DNA of 64,000 bases, taken from a virus. Lineage: Duplodnaviria; Caudoviricetes. Of the stretch, positions 20,113 to 29,814 are shown piece after piece. The notes beneath the pieces are model-generated. The model saw nothing but the letters and a program-made list of their open reading frames with translations, was not told where the DNA came from and did not search any database. Location: positions 1 to 64,000 of IMG/VR virus record IMGVR_UViG_3300015610_000750; one strand, given 5' to 3'. Within the stretch, counting starts at the first letter, position 1, and every line of letters begins with the position of its first letter. A program made the translations under genes and the position numbers.

Positions 20113-22841
20113 TTTAGCTTCTCTTTATATTTATCATCTTTTGATGATACAGATTTTGCTTTGTCTTCTGGTAGGATAAATAACTTACCATCCTCTTTTA
20201 GAACCGCATAAACTTTATCAATCTTACCAAGTTTTCCAGTTTCCGATTTCACTTCATCTTTATTATCTGCTAATTCGTAGTTTTGAAGATTTAAGAATCT
20301 TAGATCAATTTCAGAACCAGGTGCTATTGGGAATTTCTTCTTCAATATTCTTCCATAGTAAGTTTCAAATTTACTATTATCACTCTTTCTTCTTTCCCTC
20401 TCTTGTATTGTATCCATATCACCTTTTGAAATATCAGCTATACCAGATACAAACTTATCTATTGGGAAGAAAGACTCGGAATATTTTACATAAACATAAT
20501 TCTCATCTGCTCCTGTTAGGTACATATAGTATTTTTTATCACCTGCTTTTAAAGCGTAGAACGATTTAGTAAATTCTGGACTAACATCTTTTACTGGTTT
20601 GAATGAATATTTCTTCTTACCAGTGTCTTTTACTGAATCTTCTGCAACTTTTGAGTTTCTCTTATTATCATTTTTTCCTTTCAATGTATAACCTAGACTA
20701 TCATCTTTTACTTCTACATCAAAGTATTCTTTAATGAAAGCAGATTGAGCACCACCTTTGTACATTTTGCTACCATCTAATAACGCATTGATGAAAGTTA
20801 ATAGTGTTTTACCACCACCTTGTTTCTTTGCATATCCTTCATCACCTTTTTCTACGTTAAATCTAGCATCAGCTGAACCAACTTTTATAACAGTATCTTG
20901 GTTAAATAGTACTTGATACTTTGAGTCTTTTATTATATCCATTACAGCACTTTCCCATTTTTCAAATAATGCTTTATTTCTCCAAGGTCCTTTGCCACCA
21001 ACTTGGTATCCATGGGGTGTTGCTTCACCACCCATATATTCATACTCTCTTTTGGTTCTTTCAGATACTCTACCATCTTGTCTTCCTGATGGAATACTTT
21101 CCACTTGATAAAGTCTATAAGCTCTGTTAAATATTTTAACAATTTCCAATATAGGGTCAATTCCTTCTATTATTATTCTAGTTGAATCTTTTGGGATTGA
21201 TGATAATTCTTTATTTATAGCATCTATCTCTTCTTTAGTCATTATCCACTTATTTAGATAGTCTGCATTAAATATCTTATTGAATGTAATTCTGAACTCT
21301 GGTTCCTTTTTATCAGACTTTTCTTCGGTCTTTGGTTTCTCCTCTGTCTCAGTTTTAACTTCTTCGTCAGCTTCTTTTAATAGAATGAAATTTGAATATC
21401 TCATTAGAGACTCTTTTTTAGGTTCTTCTTTGTTTTCCTTTTCTTTTCTATAATCAGGAAGTTCCATTCCAGAATCAAATATCTCCTTAAGACTTATATT
21501 GAATCCATGTACTTCGTTTCCTAAATCTCCTAATTTCTGATAAAGAGAGTTTTCTTCAAACTGCGCGGTTCTTTTAGAGAATCTAGCTATTAGTTCACCA
21601 GCGACCGCTATTTTACTTCTGTCTTTTTTTAAATCCTCAATAGATTCTGTTAGTTTTCCAATATCTGGAATTGTCCCGGCTCTATCTCCCTTAAGACAAC
21701 TGTATATCTCTTTGTATAGATTTGTTATTATATATGATGGTGAGTTTAAAACACCATCTTTACCCTTATCATTTGGGCTTGTTTTATAACTATTTATAAG
21801 CTCTTGTATAAAAGCAGGATTTATTGATAGTCCCTTATCATTTTTAACAAGTAGTTCTGCTGACTTCTTAAGCTTTTCTTTAGCTGGGTCAATATTAGTC
21901 TCTTCAGATTCAAATAATATTGATTCTACTACACCTTTTGATGCAATTGCTCCTTTTGGCATAGCTAGTACAACCTCCATAGGAGATGCTATTTTTGTAT
22001 CTTCTTTATTTAACTTTATTGAATCAGTTTTTCCATCTTTTGATGGTGTAACTTCATATCTAACCGATTTGAATATTGATTTAAGTTCAATTTGAATAGG
22101 ATTTTGTCTTTTTCCATTTAAGAATGGAACGACAGTAACCTTATCTCCTTCTATTTTTTGAACATATACTATGTGATTCTTTGAACCATAGTTTGCTAAA
22201 TAGAAAGATTTTTCCTTTACGTTACTTCTATCAAATGTTTCTTTTTTCTTTTCCTCAGATGGTTTAGTTAATGTGTTTAATATGTTCAATAGATGTCCTA
22301 AGTTAGTCAACATAAGTTGTGACTTATCTTTGGATTCTGTTTTTTCTTCACCTTTAGATTCACCTTCCTCTTTTAATGATGATAAGAATTCTTTAATCTT
22401 CTCCACTAATTCATTTCTTAAGTCTTGAGAACCTTTAGATAATGATAGATTTTGTAAATCTTGGATGCAGGCATTTCCTGCTTTTTTAACTTCTTTAATA
22501 TCGTCTGTATCTTCGATAGTTTTTCTAAAAATACCAAGTATTGAAGATATTAATGCTTTATCCACTTGTAAATTTATTTCGTCTGATTTCTTAGAACCAT
22601 TTATAGTACCTTGTGTTAATAGTATATTAAATTGTTCGTTTAATCTTTCGATTACGGCATCCATTCTCACTAAGTCAACTCCTATTTGTACTTTTCTAAT
22701 TACTGAATTAATCAATCTACCTAATAATGTATCTCCCCATGGAATTTCATTTGCCAATGGTCCGGAATCTTCATTAATTGGATTGTAGTTTGAGAACTTT
22801 TGTTTATTAAGAAAGTCTTCTCTAATCTTTAGATACTTCAT
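20109..22841 (-). CDS. large Lys/Glu-rich protein, putative processed internal head protein
   Basis: 910 aa; MKYLKIREDF N-terminus; several possible xxE(S/A) cleavage sites; internal LMRYSNFILLKEA. Confidence 0.6.
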   Translation of the reverse strand: MKYLKIREDFLNKQKFSNYNPINEDSGPLANEIPWGDTLLGRLINSVIRKVQIGVDLVRMDAVIERLNEQFNILLTQGTINGSKKSDEINLQVDKALISSILGIFRKTIEDTDDIKEVKKAGNACIQDLQNLSLSKGSQDLRNELVEKIKEFLSSLKEEGESKGEEKTESKDKSQLMLTNLGHLLNILNTLTKPSEEKKKETFDRSNVKEKSFYLANYGSKNHIVYVQKIEGDKVTVVPFLNGKRQNPIQIELKSIFKSVRYEVTPSKDGKTDSIKLNKEDTKIASPMEVVLAMPKGAIASKGVVESILFESEETNIDPAKEKLKKSAELLVKNDKGLSINPAFIQELINSYKTSPNDKGKDGVLNSPSYIITNLYKEIYSCLKGDRAGTIPDIGKLTESIEDLKKDRSKIAVAGELIARFSKRTAQFEENSLYQKLGDLGNEVHGFNISLKEIFDSGMELPDYRKEKENKEEPKKESLMRYSNFILLKEADEEVKTETEEKPKTEEKSDKKEPEFRITFNKIFNADYLNKWIMTKEEIDAINKELSSIPKDSTRIIIEGIDPILEIVKIFNRAYRLYQVESIPSGRQDGRVSERTKREYEYMGGEATPHGYQVGGKGPWRNKALFEKWESAVMDIIKDSKYQVLFNQDTVIKVGSADARFNVEKGDEGYAKKQGGGKTLLTFINALLDGSKMYKGGAQSAFIKEYFDVEVKDDSLGYTLKGKNDNKRNSKVAEDSVKDTGKKKYSFKPVKDVSPEFTKSFYALKAGDKKYYMYLTGADENYVYVKYSESFFPIDKFVSGIADISKGDMDTIQERERRKSDNSKFETYYGRILKKKFPIAPGSEIDLRFLNLQNYELADNKDEVKSETGKLGKIDKVYAVLKEDGKLFILPEDKAKSVSSKDDKYKEKLK

Positions 22842-22934
22842 TTTATAAAATGTATTTTATAGACTATATATAAAATTTAATTTCTCTAAAATTCATTGAA
22901 ATTGTGGGTTCCCATAGTGTATTTTTTTCACTAA

Positions 22935-23063
22935 AAATTTGGTTATTTCAATAATATTCCTTATATTTGTATTATAAGGTTCGGATATATAGGTTTTATA
23001 GGGTAAAAAAATTACTATATAAATTTGGTTATATCAAAAGTATTCCTTATATTTGTATTATAA
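22935..23063 (+). promoter_or_regulatory. tandemly duplicated Bacteroidetes-type sigmaA promoter (TTTG ... TAnnTTTG)
   Basis: Two 43-bp copies, AAATTTGGTTAT-TCAA-A-TATTCCTTATATTTGTATTATAA, at 22935-22977 and 23021-23063. Confidence 0.75.
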
Positions 23064-23082
23064 CCACTAAAAAATAATCACA

Positions 23083-23469
23083 ATGACAATGAATTCTGTA
23101 ATATTAAAAGGTGTTGAAGTTAAAATCGGTGATACTGTAAGATTTATCAACGATGTAGACCTTTACAAAGGTGACTTTGAAGGTTTCCATACTATCGTTA
23201 AGCCTGAACTTGGTAAAGTTTATACTGTTAGAGGATTTAGTGATAACGGTGGTTTCTTACTTGAAGAAATCGTAAACGAACCAATTCCTGTTGAGGCTCA
23301 TGGATTTGTTGATTTTGAAGAGCCAGGTTTCGCAATCTGGAGATTCGAACCAGCTAACCCATTAATCGCTGAGGTTAAAGCTGTCTTAAAGTCTAAGAAG
23401 AAAGTTCAAATCAAAATCGAGAAAGAACTTATCGAAAGACTTGAAGAAACCCTTGAATTGGTTAACTAA
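23083..23469 (+). CDS. hypothetical early protein
   Basis: ORF flanked by the tandem promoter and a terminator. Confidence 0.75.
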   Translation: MTMNSVILKGVEVKIGDTVRFINDVDLYKGDFEGFHTIVKPELGKVYTVRGFSDNGGFLLEEIVNEPIPVEAHGFVDFEEPGFAIWRFEPANPLIAEVKAVLKSKKKVQIKIEKELIERLEETLELVN

Positions 23470-23631
23470 AATTCTATTATTTCCTATATCGTAAAAAACC
23501 GAGATTACTCTCGGTTTTTTTATTTTAAATAAATTTTTATTTCAAATACCTCATTTTTCTTAAAATTTAGAGGGTGGCTTGTTTCTCAGGATGAAATACT
23601 AATATATAATGAAGTAAATTTAAGTAGGATT

Positions 23632-23916
23632 ATGAAATATTTAGAGTTAATCTATGGTGATAAGAAATACACAAATGAATCACAAATAAACGATATCCTT
23701 TCCAAAAACAAATTTTATTGGTTAATAGACTCGGAGATCGAGGATGCTGTTATAGAAATCAAAAAAGATACTATAATCTGGCATAATGGTAACTATTACT
23801 CTGGTAATTGGTACTATGGGATATTTAAAAACGGGCAATTTTACGGCAATTGGGAAAATGGAATATTTGAAAACGGCAATTTTAATGGAAAATGGATAAG
23901 TGGCATTAGGATATAA
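23632..23916 (+). CDS. hypothetical protein with G-x-(W/F) pentapeptide-like repeats
   Basis: WHNGNYYSGNWYYGIFKNGQFYGNWENGIFENGNFNGKW. Confidence 0.65.
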   Translation: MKYLELIYGDKKYTNESQINDILSKNKFYWLIDSEIEDAVIEIKKDTIIWHNGNYYSGNWYYGIFKNGQFYGNWENGIFENGNFNGKWISGIRI

Positions 23917-23947
23917 TCTGTTAGGATATAAAAAAATAAAAAACCCT

Positions 23948-24403
23948 ATGAGAAGGAAGAAATTTGCTGTAGACAGCAAAATACACAACTTATACACTGA
24001 CAATGTTGTGAGAATAAGTAAAGACCAAAACGGGCACTATTTTGAAATTGGAAAGGAATTAACGACAGACATTGGTGAGGCAGTTGCCTTATTGATGAGA
24101 CAAAAAGAAATGTGGAATGATCCAATATGGGACATGGAAATTAAAGGCGTTTCTTATGAGGAGATTTCACCAGAAAAAGCTTTATTTTGGTTAACTGGGG
24201 GTTACGCTGAGTGGAGAACACTCGAACATTACAACAGACCATGGTGTGATTGTTATTTAGAGTTTCAAGAAGAATTTGGAATTCTTATCGTGAACATCAT
24301 TAAGAGGTCAAAAAAATTAAAAGACATAAGAGATAATTTTATCAAATACTTAAACTTACCTGTCCTATATGATTACGCAATCAAAAAGGATTTATTAAAA
24401 TAA
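23948..24403 (+). CDS. hypothetical protein (start moved to ATG at 23948)
   Basis: ORF followed by a terminator. Confidence 0.65.
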   Translation: MRRKKFAVDSKIHNLYTDNVVRISKDQNGHYFEIGKELTTDIGEAVALLMRQKEMWNDPIWDMEIKGVSYEEISPEKALFWLTGGYAEWRTLEHYNRPWCDCYLEFQEEFGILIVNIIKRSKKLKDIRDNFIKYLNLPVLYDYAIKKDLLK

Positions 24404-24453
24404 TAAAAAAACCCACCAAAAACGGTGGGTTTTTATTTTTATATATAGATAAT

Positions 24454-24729
24454 ATGATGAGAACGGTTTGTAAGAATCCTTGGTGTAAAGCAACCTTTGA
24501 CTATAAGGAAGAAGATATGATAGCTATTGACTCTGATGATGTCCGAGAATCAAAGATTGATGGTATTCTTGATGAGGTTAAGAAGATGCCTCCTCCACAA
24601 TGTCCTAAATGTAGAAGTTTTAACGATGACCTTAGTGGTGGTGTTACTTGGAAGGAAAAAAAGTATGAAGGTAGTAGAATGGACGGGATGGCTCATCCAA
24701 TATCGATTAAAATTAATAAGTTCTTTTAA
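24454..24729 (+). CDS. small zinc-ribbon protein
   Basis: CKNPWC...CPKC; carries the RESKIDGIL motif. Confidence 0.65.
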   Translation: MMRTVCKNPWCKATFDYKEEDMIAIDSDDVRESKIDGILDEVKKMPPPQCPKCRSFNDDLSGGVTWKEKKYEGSRMDGMAHPISIKINKFF

Positions 24730-25577
24730 TGAAAGCTCATTTCTTTGACATAGACACTATATTGGTGGTTAATAACCAGCCTTGGGTTGTTAGTAAAGAT
24801 AATCCAAATGTACCAATAATGAAGTTATCACAAGCTGATTTTAACCTATGTAAGAGTGGTATTTATAAATCACATGATAATAAGATAGAATTCAATGGTA
24901 AGACATTTTGGCTTTCAACCGATTTAATGAATAAACTAAAGGTTAAGTGTAAGAATAGTAAGGTTGATGTTTCTAACCTAGCTATATCTATGCAGGAATT
25001 TATGAATGGTGATGTTATATCTAACATAGATTATGATATAAACATGGATATACTACTACCTATTAAGAATACTAATGACGATTTGTATGTTATTTGTTCA
25101 AGAAATTCAAAGAGAAATTATGATACAATCATTTCTAAGGTAGAGGATAAATTAAAAGAAAATGGTATAGTTATAAAGAATTTCTACTTCATATCGGAAA
25201 CCTTCTATAATAGAAACAGTGATGATATATCATATAAGAAAGTTAGATTGTTGTTACAACACTTGGTTGGTTATAAAACCGATGGTAATAAGTTCACTGA
25301 TGAGGAAATAGAAAAGTATAATGAGTTATACTACTATGACGATGATAAACACTCTATTGCATTGGCTAAACAATCTAATGATATATTTCAAGTATTCTTA
25401 TCTAATACTGAATCAAATATTAAATCGATGATAAAGGAATCAATAAAGGGTAAGGATAATCTATTAGTTATCAATGAAGTTACTCCTAATAAGCATAATA
25501 AGTTAATCTCAAGTAAGGTTGTTATTGAGTATAGTAATTTAATAAAGGCTTTTGAGAAATTTAATTGGAAACTTTAG
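24729..25577 (+). CDS. HAD-superfamily-like protein
   Basis: N-terminal HFFDID and later YYYDDD motifs. Confidence 0.5.
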   Translation: MKAHFFDIDTILVVNNQPWVVSKDNPNVPIMKLSQADFNLCKSGIYKSHDNKIEFNGKTFWLSTDLMNKLKVKCKNSKVDVSNLAISMQEFMNGDVISNIDYDINMDILLPIKNTNDDLYVICSRNSKRNYDTIISKVEDKLKENGIVIKNFYFISETFYNRNSDDISYKKVRLLLQHLVGYKTDGNKFTDEEIEKYNELYYYDDDKHSIALAKQSNDIFQVFLSNTESNIKSMIKESIKGKDNLLVINEVTPNKHNKLISSKVVIEYSNLIKAFEKFNWKL

Positions 25578-26191
25578 TCCTTTTTCTTATTCATTGCTTC
25601 TTTAATCATTTCATTAAGCTTTCTGTTATCAATTATTTCACCTTCTGTACTTTCAGATGGTGCTTCTTGAGCTTTCTGAACTTCTGGATTCTCTGCAATT
25701 TCATTTAGACCTAAGTCTTTTCTTAGTTCTTTATAGAATTTTTCTAAATCTGTTCTCTGTGTTGATGAGAATTTGGCATTTTCTCTTATTTGTCCAATTG
25801 TTTGGTTGACAACCTCATGCATTCTGGCTGAATTATCACCGTTATCAACTTGTCTTAATTGAGATAGGAAGTTTTTCCTTGTCATTTTTGATAAGAAGAT
25901 TGATTCGGCATATACCATTGCATCTTCTTTCATCTTATTCTTAATATAGGGATGTTCTTTTAATTGTGGTACGTCATTTAAGTATAAATCAACTAATGAT
26001 TCTAATACATCCATGGCTTGTTGTGATGCAACTGTTAAATCAGCATCATAATCGTATATTTCTATTTCACCTAGATCTGGTAAATCCTCAGGTTTTGCAA
26101 GGTGTTGGGTTATATCAAACTCTTTGTTTTCTGACTGGATTTGTTCAAACTCATCCTGTAACCTATTTCTTTCATTTTCTGTTTTAGACAT
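25574..26191 (-). CDS. helical hypothetical protein, possible terminase small subunit (start moved to 26191)
   Basis: Divergent from terL; helical and acidic; call rests on context only. Confidence 0.35.
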   Translation of the reverse strand: MSKTENERNRLQDEFEQIQSENKEFDITQHLAKPEDLPDLGEIEIYDYDADLTVASQQAMDVLESLVDLYLNDVPQLKEHPYIKNKMKEDAMVYAESIFLSKMTRKNFLSQLRQVDNGDNSARMHEVVNQTIGQIRENAKFSSTQRTDLEKFYKELRKDLGLNEIAENPEVQKAQEAPSESTEGEIIDNRKLNEMIKEAMNKKKD

Positions 26192-26236
26192 AGAAGAGTG
26201 GTTTTTTACAATATATATTAAAAATATACTTTTCCT

Positions 26237-28363
26237 ATGGCTGTTAAAAAAGTGGAGAGGCAAATGGTCTTTACGACCAAATTAGTTGATGATGCTACAG
26301 ATAAGATAAACGATGGTGTCGTTATAATGCGATACCAGAACCCGTGGCTTAAATCTGAAGTTGGAATAAGAAGATCTGGTGTGTCATTTAAAATGACTCC
26401 AGATGAGCAACAAGAATACATTAAGTGTGCCTTGGATGTACATTACTTTACTGAGAAATATTGTAAAGTTAAAACCGAGGATGGTAGTATAAATAATATA
26501 AAGTTAAGAGAGTACCAAAAAGAGATGCTTGATAACTTCGTTAATAATAGATTTAATATCTTAATGGCATCCAGACAGGTCGGTAAGACAATATCTGCGT
26601 CTATATTCATGTTACATACGATTCTATTCAATAATGATAAGAATATAATGATAGTTGCGAATAAAGGAGATACTGCTGTTGAGATTGTTGATAAAATTAA
26701 GTCTATATACACGTTATTACCATTCTTTTTGAAACCAGGTGTGAAGACTTGGAACCAAAAATCATTAACATTTGAAAACGGATGTAGAATAAAAACATCA
26801 GCTAGAACAAAGACTCCAGCGATCGGTTTTACTATTGACGTTTTATACTTAGATGAGTTTGCTCATATTCCTTCTAATATTATTGAACCATACTATACTG
26901 CGGCTTTCCCGACTGTATCAGCTGTTCAAAATTCTAAAATCATAATAACATCTACTCCAAATGGTATGAATCTATTCCATAAAATATTAACGGATGCTGA
27001 AAGACCAGATGGTGACCCATTGAAGAATAACTATAAGGCATTAAGGGTTTATTGGTATCAGGTTCCTGGTAGATTCGTTACTTATATAAGGTTAAATCAG
27101 CATAAACTATATGAACATGGTGTTACTAAAGAAGATATATTCAAGATCGTAAACGATACATTTGGTGAAATTACTAAAGTTGAGATGAAGTTTATAATGG
27201 ACTTACAAAAGGATGTAATATATGTCTATAATAGTGAACTTTGTTCTGATGAAGATGTTAAATCATTGAAGTTTATAGATAAAGATGATAGAGAGATATC
27301 TTTCCTTTCAATAGCTGAGATGACAACTTGGAAAGAGGAAGCAATAAAAGATATTGGTGGTGAGGATGCCTTTAACCAAGAGTATGGTCTAAGATTTATT
27401 AACTCAAGTAAGTCATTGTTGAATGAAAAAATAATCGATGAGTTACTAAAGAGTAAAAAGAACTATGTGTTTGAACAGATACCTGAATTCGATAGAAAGC
27501 TTAGATTCAGTTATAGTGACTTGAAATGGGTTGATGATGACGATGTATTTATGCTTATTCAGAGAAAAGACTTAAAAGTTGTACTTTCTGTCGATATTTC
27601 AGAAGGACTTGGTCAGGATTACTCTATAATAAACATATTCAAAGTGTCTCCTAAGCCTAAGGATCTTTGCGAATTACAAAGACCTTCTTATAAGAGTATT
27701 GTTGACTTTTTCAGATTGGAACAAATTGGAATATTCAGAAGTAACTTCGTTTCAGTTAAACAATTAGCTGAGTTATTATATATGATTGTTTTTGAATACT
27801 TTAACTATGAGAATGTTAAAGTGGTTCTTGAGTTGAATAACTATGGTAATGCCTTATTGGCTGAAATGCCACACGTTTTTGATGGCAATAATAACTATGG
27901 TTCTTCTGTTTTCTTCAGATATAAGCACAGAGCTGATTCAACTGAAGAGAAAGTAGGTCTGAAAGTTGGTGATAATAAGAACTTAATGGTTAAGGATTAT
28001 CAAGATTTAATGTTAAGTAAAGGGTTTGTTATAACCAATGAGGATAATATCAGAGAAATAACAACATTTGTTAAGCACGTTACATCATCTGGTAATGTTA
28101 GATACGCTGCTGATGTTGGGCACGATGATACTGTAATGACCGTTGTCAACGCAACTACTGTTTTTGTTAGAAATGACTTTAGAGAGATGATAGAAGAGTT
28201 CTCTACGAAGATGAATGATAAAGGATTTGTTAATTATGTTAATGAGTGCTTGAAAAACATGGAATATGTTGAGGGTGTTGATTATGGTCAAGTTCTTAGG
28301 ATAAGAAGGCAACAAATGACTAGATATAAGGGAAGTAAGAATTCCTGGTTTGGTGGGCAATAA
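26237..28363 (+). CDS. terL: terminase large subunit (T4 gp17-like)
   Basis: LREYQ, ASRQVGKT (Walker A), YLDEFAH (Walker B), TSTPNG, FNQEY, VDISEGLGQDYS, HDDTVM. Confidence 0.95.
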   Translation: MAVKKVERQMVFTTKLVDDATDKINDGVVIMRYQNPWLKSEVGIRRSGVSFKMTPDEQQEYIKCALDVHYFTEKYCKVKTEDGSINNIKLREYQKEMLDNFVNNRFNILMASRQVGKTISASIFMLHTILFNNDKNIMIVANKGDTAVEIVDKIKSIYTLLPFFLKPGVKTWNQKSLTFENGCRIKTSARTKTPAIGFTIDVLYLDEFAHIPSNIIEPYYTAAFPTVSAVQNSKIIITSTPNGMNLFHKILTDAERPDGDPLKNNYKALRVYWYQVPGRFVTYIRLNQHKLYEHGVTKEDIFKIVNDTFGEITKVEMKFIMDLQKDVIYVYNSELCSDEDVKSLKFIDKDDREISFLSIAEMTTWKEEAIKDIGGEDAFNQEYGLRFINSSKSLLNEKIIDELLKSKKNYVFEQIPEFDRKLRFSYSDLKWVDDDDVFMLIQRKDLKVVLSVDISEGLGQDYSIINIFKVSPKPKDLCELQRPSYKSIVDFFRLEQIGIFRSNFVSVKQLAELLYMIVFEYFNYENVKVVLELNNYGNALLAEMPHVFDGNNNYGSSVFFRYKHRADSTEEKVGLKVGDNKNLMVKDYQDLMLSKGFVITNEDNIREITTFVKHVTSSGNVRYAADVGHDDTVMTVVNATTVFVRNDFREMIEEFSTKMNDKGFVNYVNECLKNMEYVEGVDYGQVLRIRRQQMTRYKGSKNSWFGGQ

Positions 28364-28392
28364 GAAAGTCCTATTTTTCAATAGGACTTTCT
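28363..28392. terminator. hairpin between convergent terL and clpS
   Basis: AGAAAGTCCTATT-TTTC-AATAGGACTTTCT, a 13-bp perfect stem. Confidence 0.75.
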
Positions 28393-28393
28393 A

Positions 28394-28447
28394 AGACTTG
28401 TCAGGTTCAACCCCTGTCATAGACTTATCAGGTTTGACCCCTGTCTT
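28394..28447. repeat. 27-bp tandem direct repeat, two copies
   Basis: AGACTTGTCAGGTTCAACCCCTGTCAT and AGACTTATCAGGTTTGACCCCTGTCTT. Confidence 0.85.
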
Positions 28448-28727
28448 AGTTAATTTCCATCGTTACAGATAGACCAGCTGAAGCTAATTTCTCTTTCATT
28501 TCAGAGATAGTCTCAAGGTCTCCATACTTTACGTCACATTTACCATTAAAATGAACGATGTGTGCACATTGAGATGCTTGTTCATACTCATGTTTGCAAA
28601 TCTGCATTAGACAAGTGATTACCCAGACAAATGAATTCCAATCATCGTTATGTAATGTTAAACGATAAGGCTTTGAAAGAATTTCTTCCACTTTTGACTC
28701 AGTTTTCTCTTTAGTAATAGTCGACAT
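28446..28727 (-). CDS. clpS: ATP-dependent Clp protease adaptor ClpS
   Basis: LTLHNDDWNSFVWVITCL...EQASQCAHIVHFNGKCDVK, similar to Bacteroidetes ClpS. Confidence 0.9.
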   Translation of the reverse strand: MSTITKEKTESKVEEILSKPYRLTLHNDDWNSFVWVITCLMQICKHEYEQASQCAHIVHFNGKCDVKYGDLETISEMKEKLASAGLSVTMEIN

Positions 28728-28759
28728 ATTTTTTCTATTTTTTTTGTATATATTATAAT

Positions 28760-29284
28760 TTATAAGTTTTCAATTGTTGTTATTTTCTTATTTACAACAT
28801 CAACAATGTTGATGTCTGCTCTTTGACCAACTGCCCATTGTTTGAATTTCACCAAATGTTCGTGTCTGTCGTCATACATTGTTAACTCCTTAACCTTCAA
28901 CTCTTTCATCTTTTGTTCAAAAAGTCTTGTCTTGAAGTTATATGTATCACCACCCCAGTTTAGCCAAATTTCATCGAAAGTTATGTTATTTTGTTCAAGG
29001 ATTTTATCAATGTTCTTTCTCATACCTTGAGACTTCTGTAATCTACCAGTAGCCATTATTACATAAGCATCTGGGTCAGCCATAGCTTCTTTATATCTTG
29101 CTAAAACCCACTCATTTGCAGGGATATAGAAAACTTCTGTGTTTAAGCTTTCTGCTTTACCCCACCATCCTGTGTGTGGGAACTCGAACCCGGTCTTTTC
29201 TCTCCAGACTCTTCTACCTTCGTGTGGTTCAGGTGTGTGAAACATAGTTCCATCGAAGTCAAAAACTATTAATTTAGTGTACAT
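28760..29284 (-). CDS. HAD-family phosphatase ('Swiss Army Knife' RNA repair-like HAD)
   Basis: VFDFDGTMFHTP, GWW, ATGR, MYDDR; start moved to 29284; TATATTTG promoter upstream. Confidence 0.8.
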   Translation of the reverse strand: MYTKLIVFDFDGTMFHTPEPHEGRRVWREKTGFEFPHTGWWGKAESLNTEVFYIPANEWVLARYKEAMADPDAYVIMATGRLQKSQGMRKNIDKILEQNNITFDEIWLNWGGDTYNFKTRLFEQKMKELKVKELTMYDDRHEHLVKFKQWAVGQRADINIVDVVNKKITTIENL

Positions 29285-29394
29285 TGTGATATCTATTAAT
29301 TCTAAAATACAAATATATGAAAAATATGGTAAATTTCCAAAAATATAAGGAAAAGAACACTTATCTAATATATAAACCAAAAGAAAAAGTTTTT

Positions 29395-29811
29395 ATGAAT
29401 TTAAAATTGGATATTAAATCTATACTAATTCTGGTACTTTTGGGGTTCTCTATTGTGTTTTTTGCACTTTGGTACTTTAAGGGAGATGATACTAAAAGTA
29501 GAATAAAGGAGTTAGAGAACATCAATAAGAATATTGAAATACAAAGAGATTCTTTGAAGAATGTAAATAAAGTACTTAAGGTCGATTTTGATGACAGACA
29601 AAAGGATATTGAGGAGAGAGATAATCAAATCAAGTCAATTGAATTAGAACTATCTAAGACCAAAAAAGATTTAGTTGTTGCTAATGGTAAGGTAAAAGAG
29701 AAAGAAAAAGAATTAGCAGATACTAAAAAGAAAATAGAAGAATTAAAAAAGAATCCTATTAAGAGAGATGATGATGATTTAATTAAATCTCTTAAAGACA
29801 AATTAAAGTAA
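29395..29811 (+). CDS. membrane-anchored coiled-coil protein, possible spanin-like lysis protein
   Basis: N-terminal TM helix followed by a long coiled coil; start moved to 29395. Confidence 0.45.
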   Translation: MNLKLDIKSILILVLLGFSIVFFALWYFKGDDTKSRIKELENINKNIEIQRDSLKNVNKVLKVDFDDRQKDIEERDNQIKSIELELSKTKKDLVVANGKVKEKEKELADTKKKIEELKKNPIKRDDDDLIKSLKDKLK

Positions 29812-29814
29812 TTT

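Noticed and set aside
27074-27328. Intein in the terminase
   Set aside because: No N-terminal Cys/Ser, no C-terminal His-Asn and no LAGLIDADG motifs.
28394-28447. tRNA gene or mini-CRISPR
   Set aside because: Only a T-arm-like hairpin is present, with no acceptor, D or anticodon arms, and the two units have no spacer between them.
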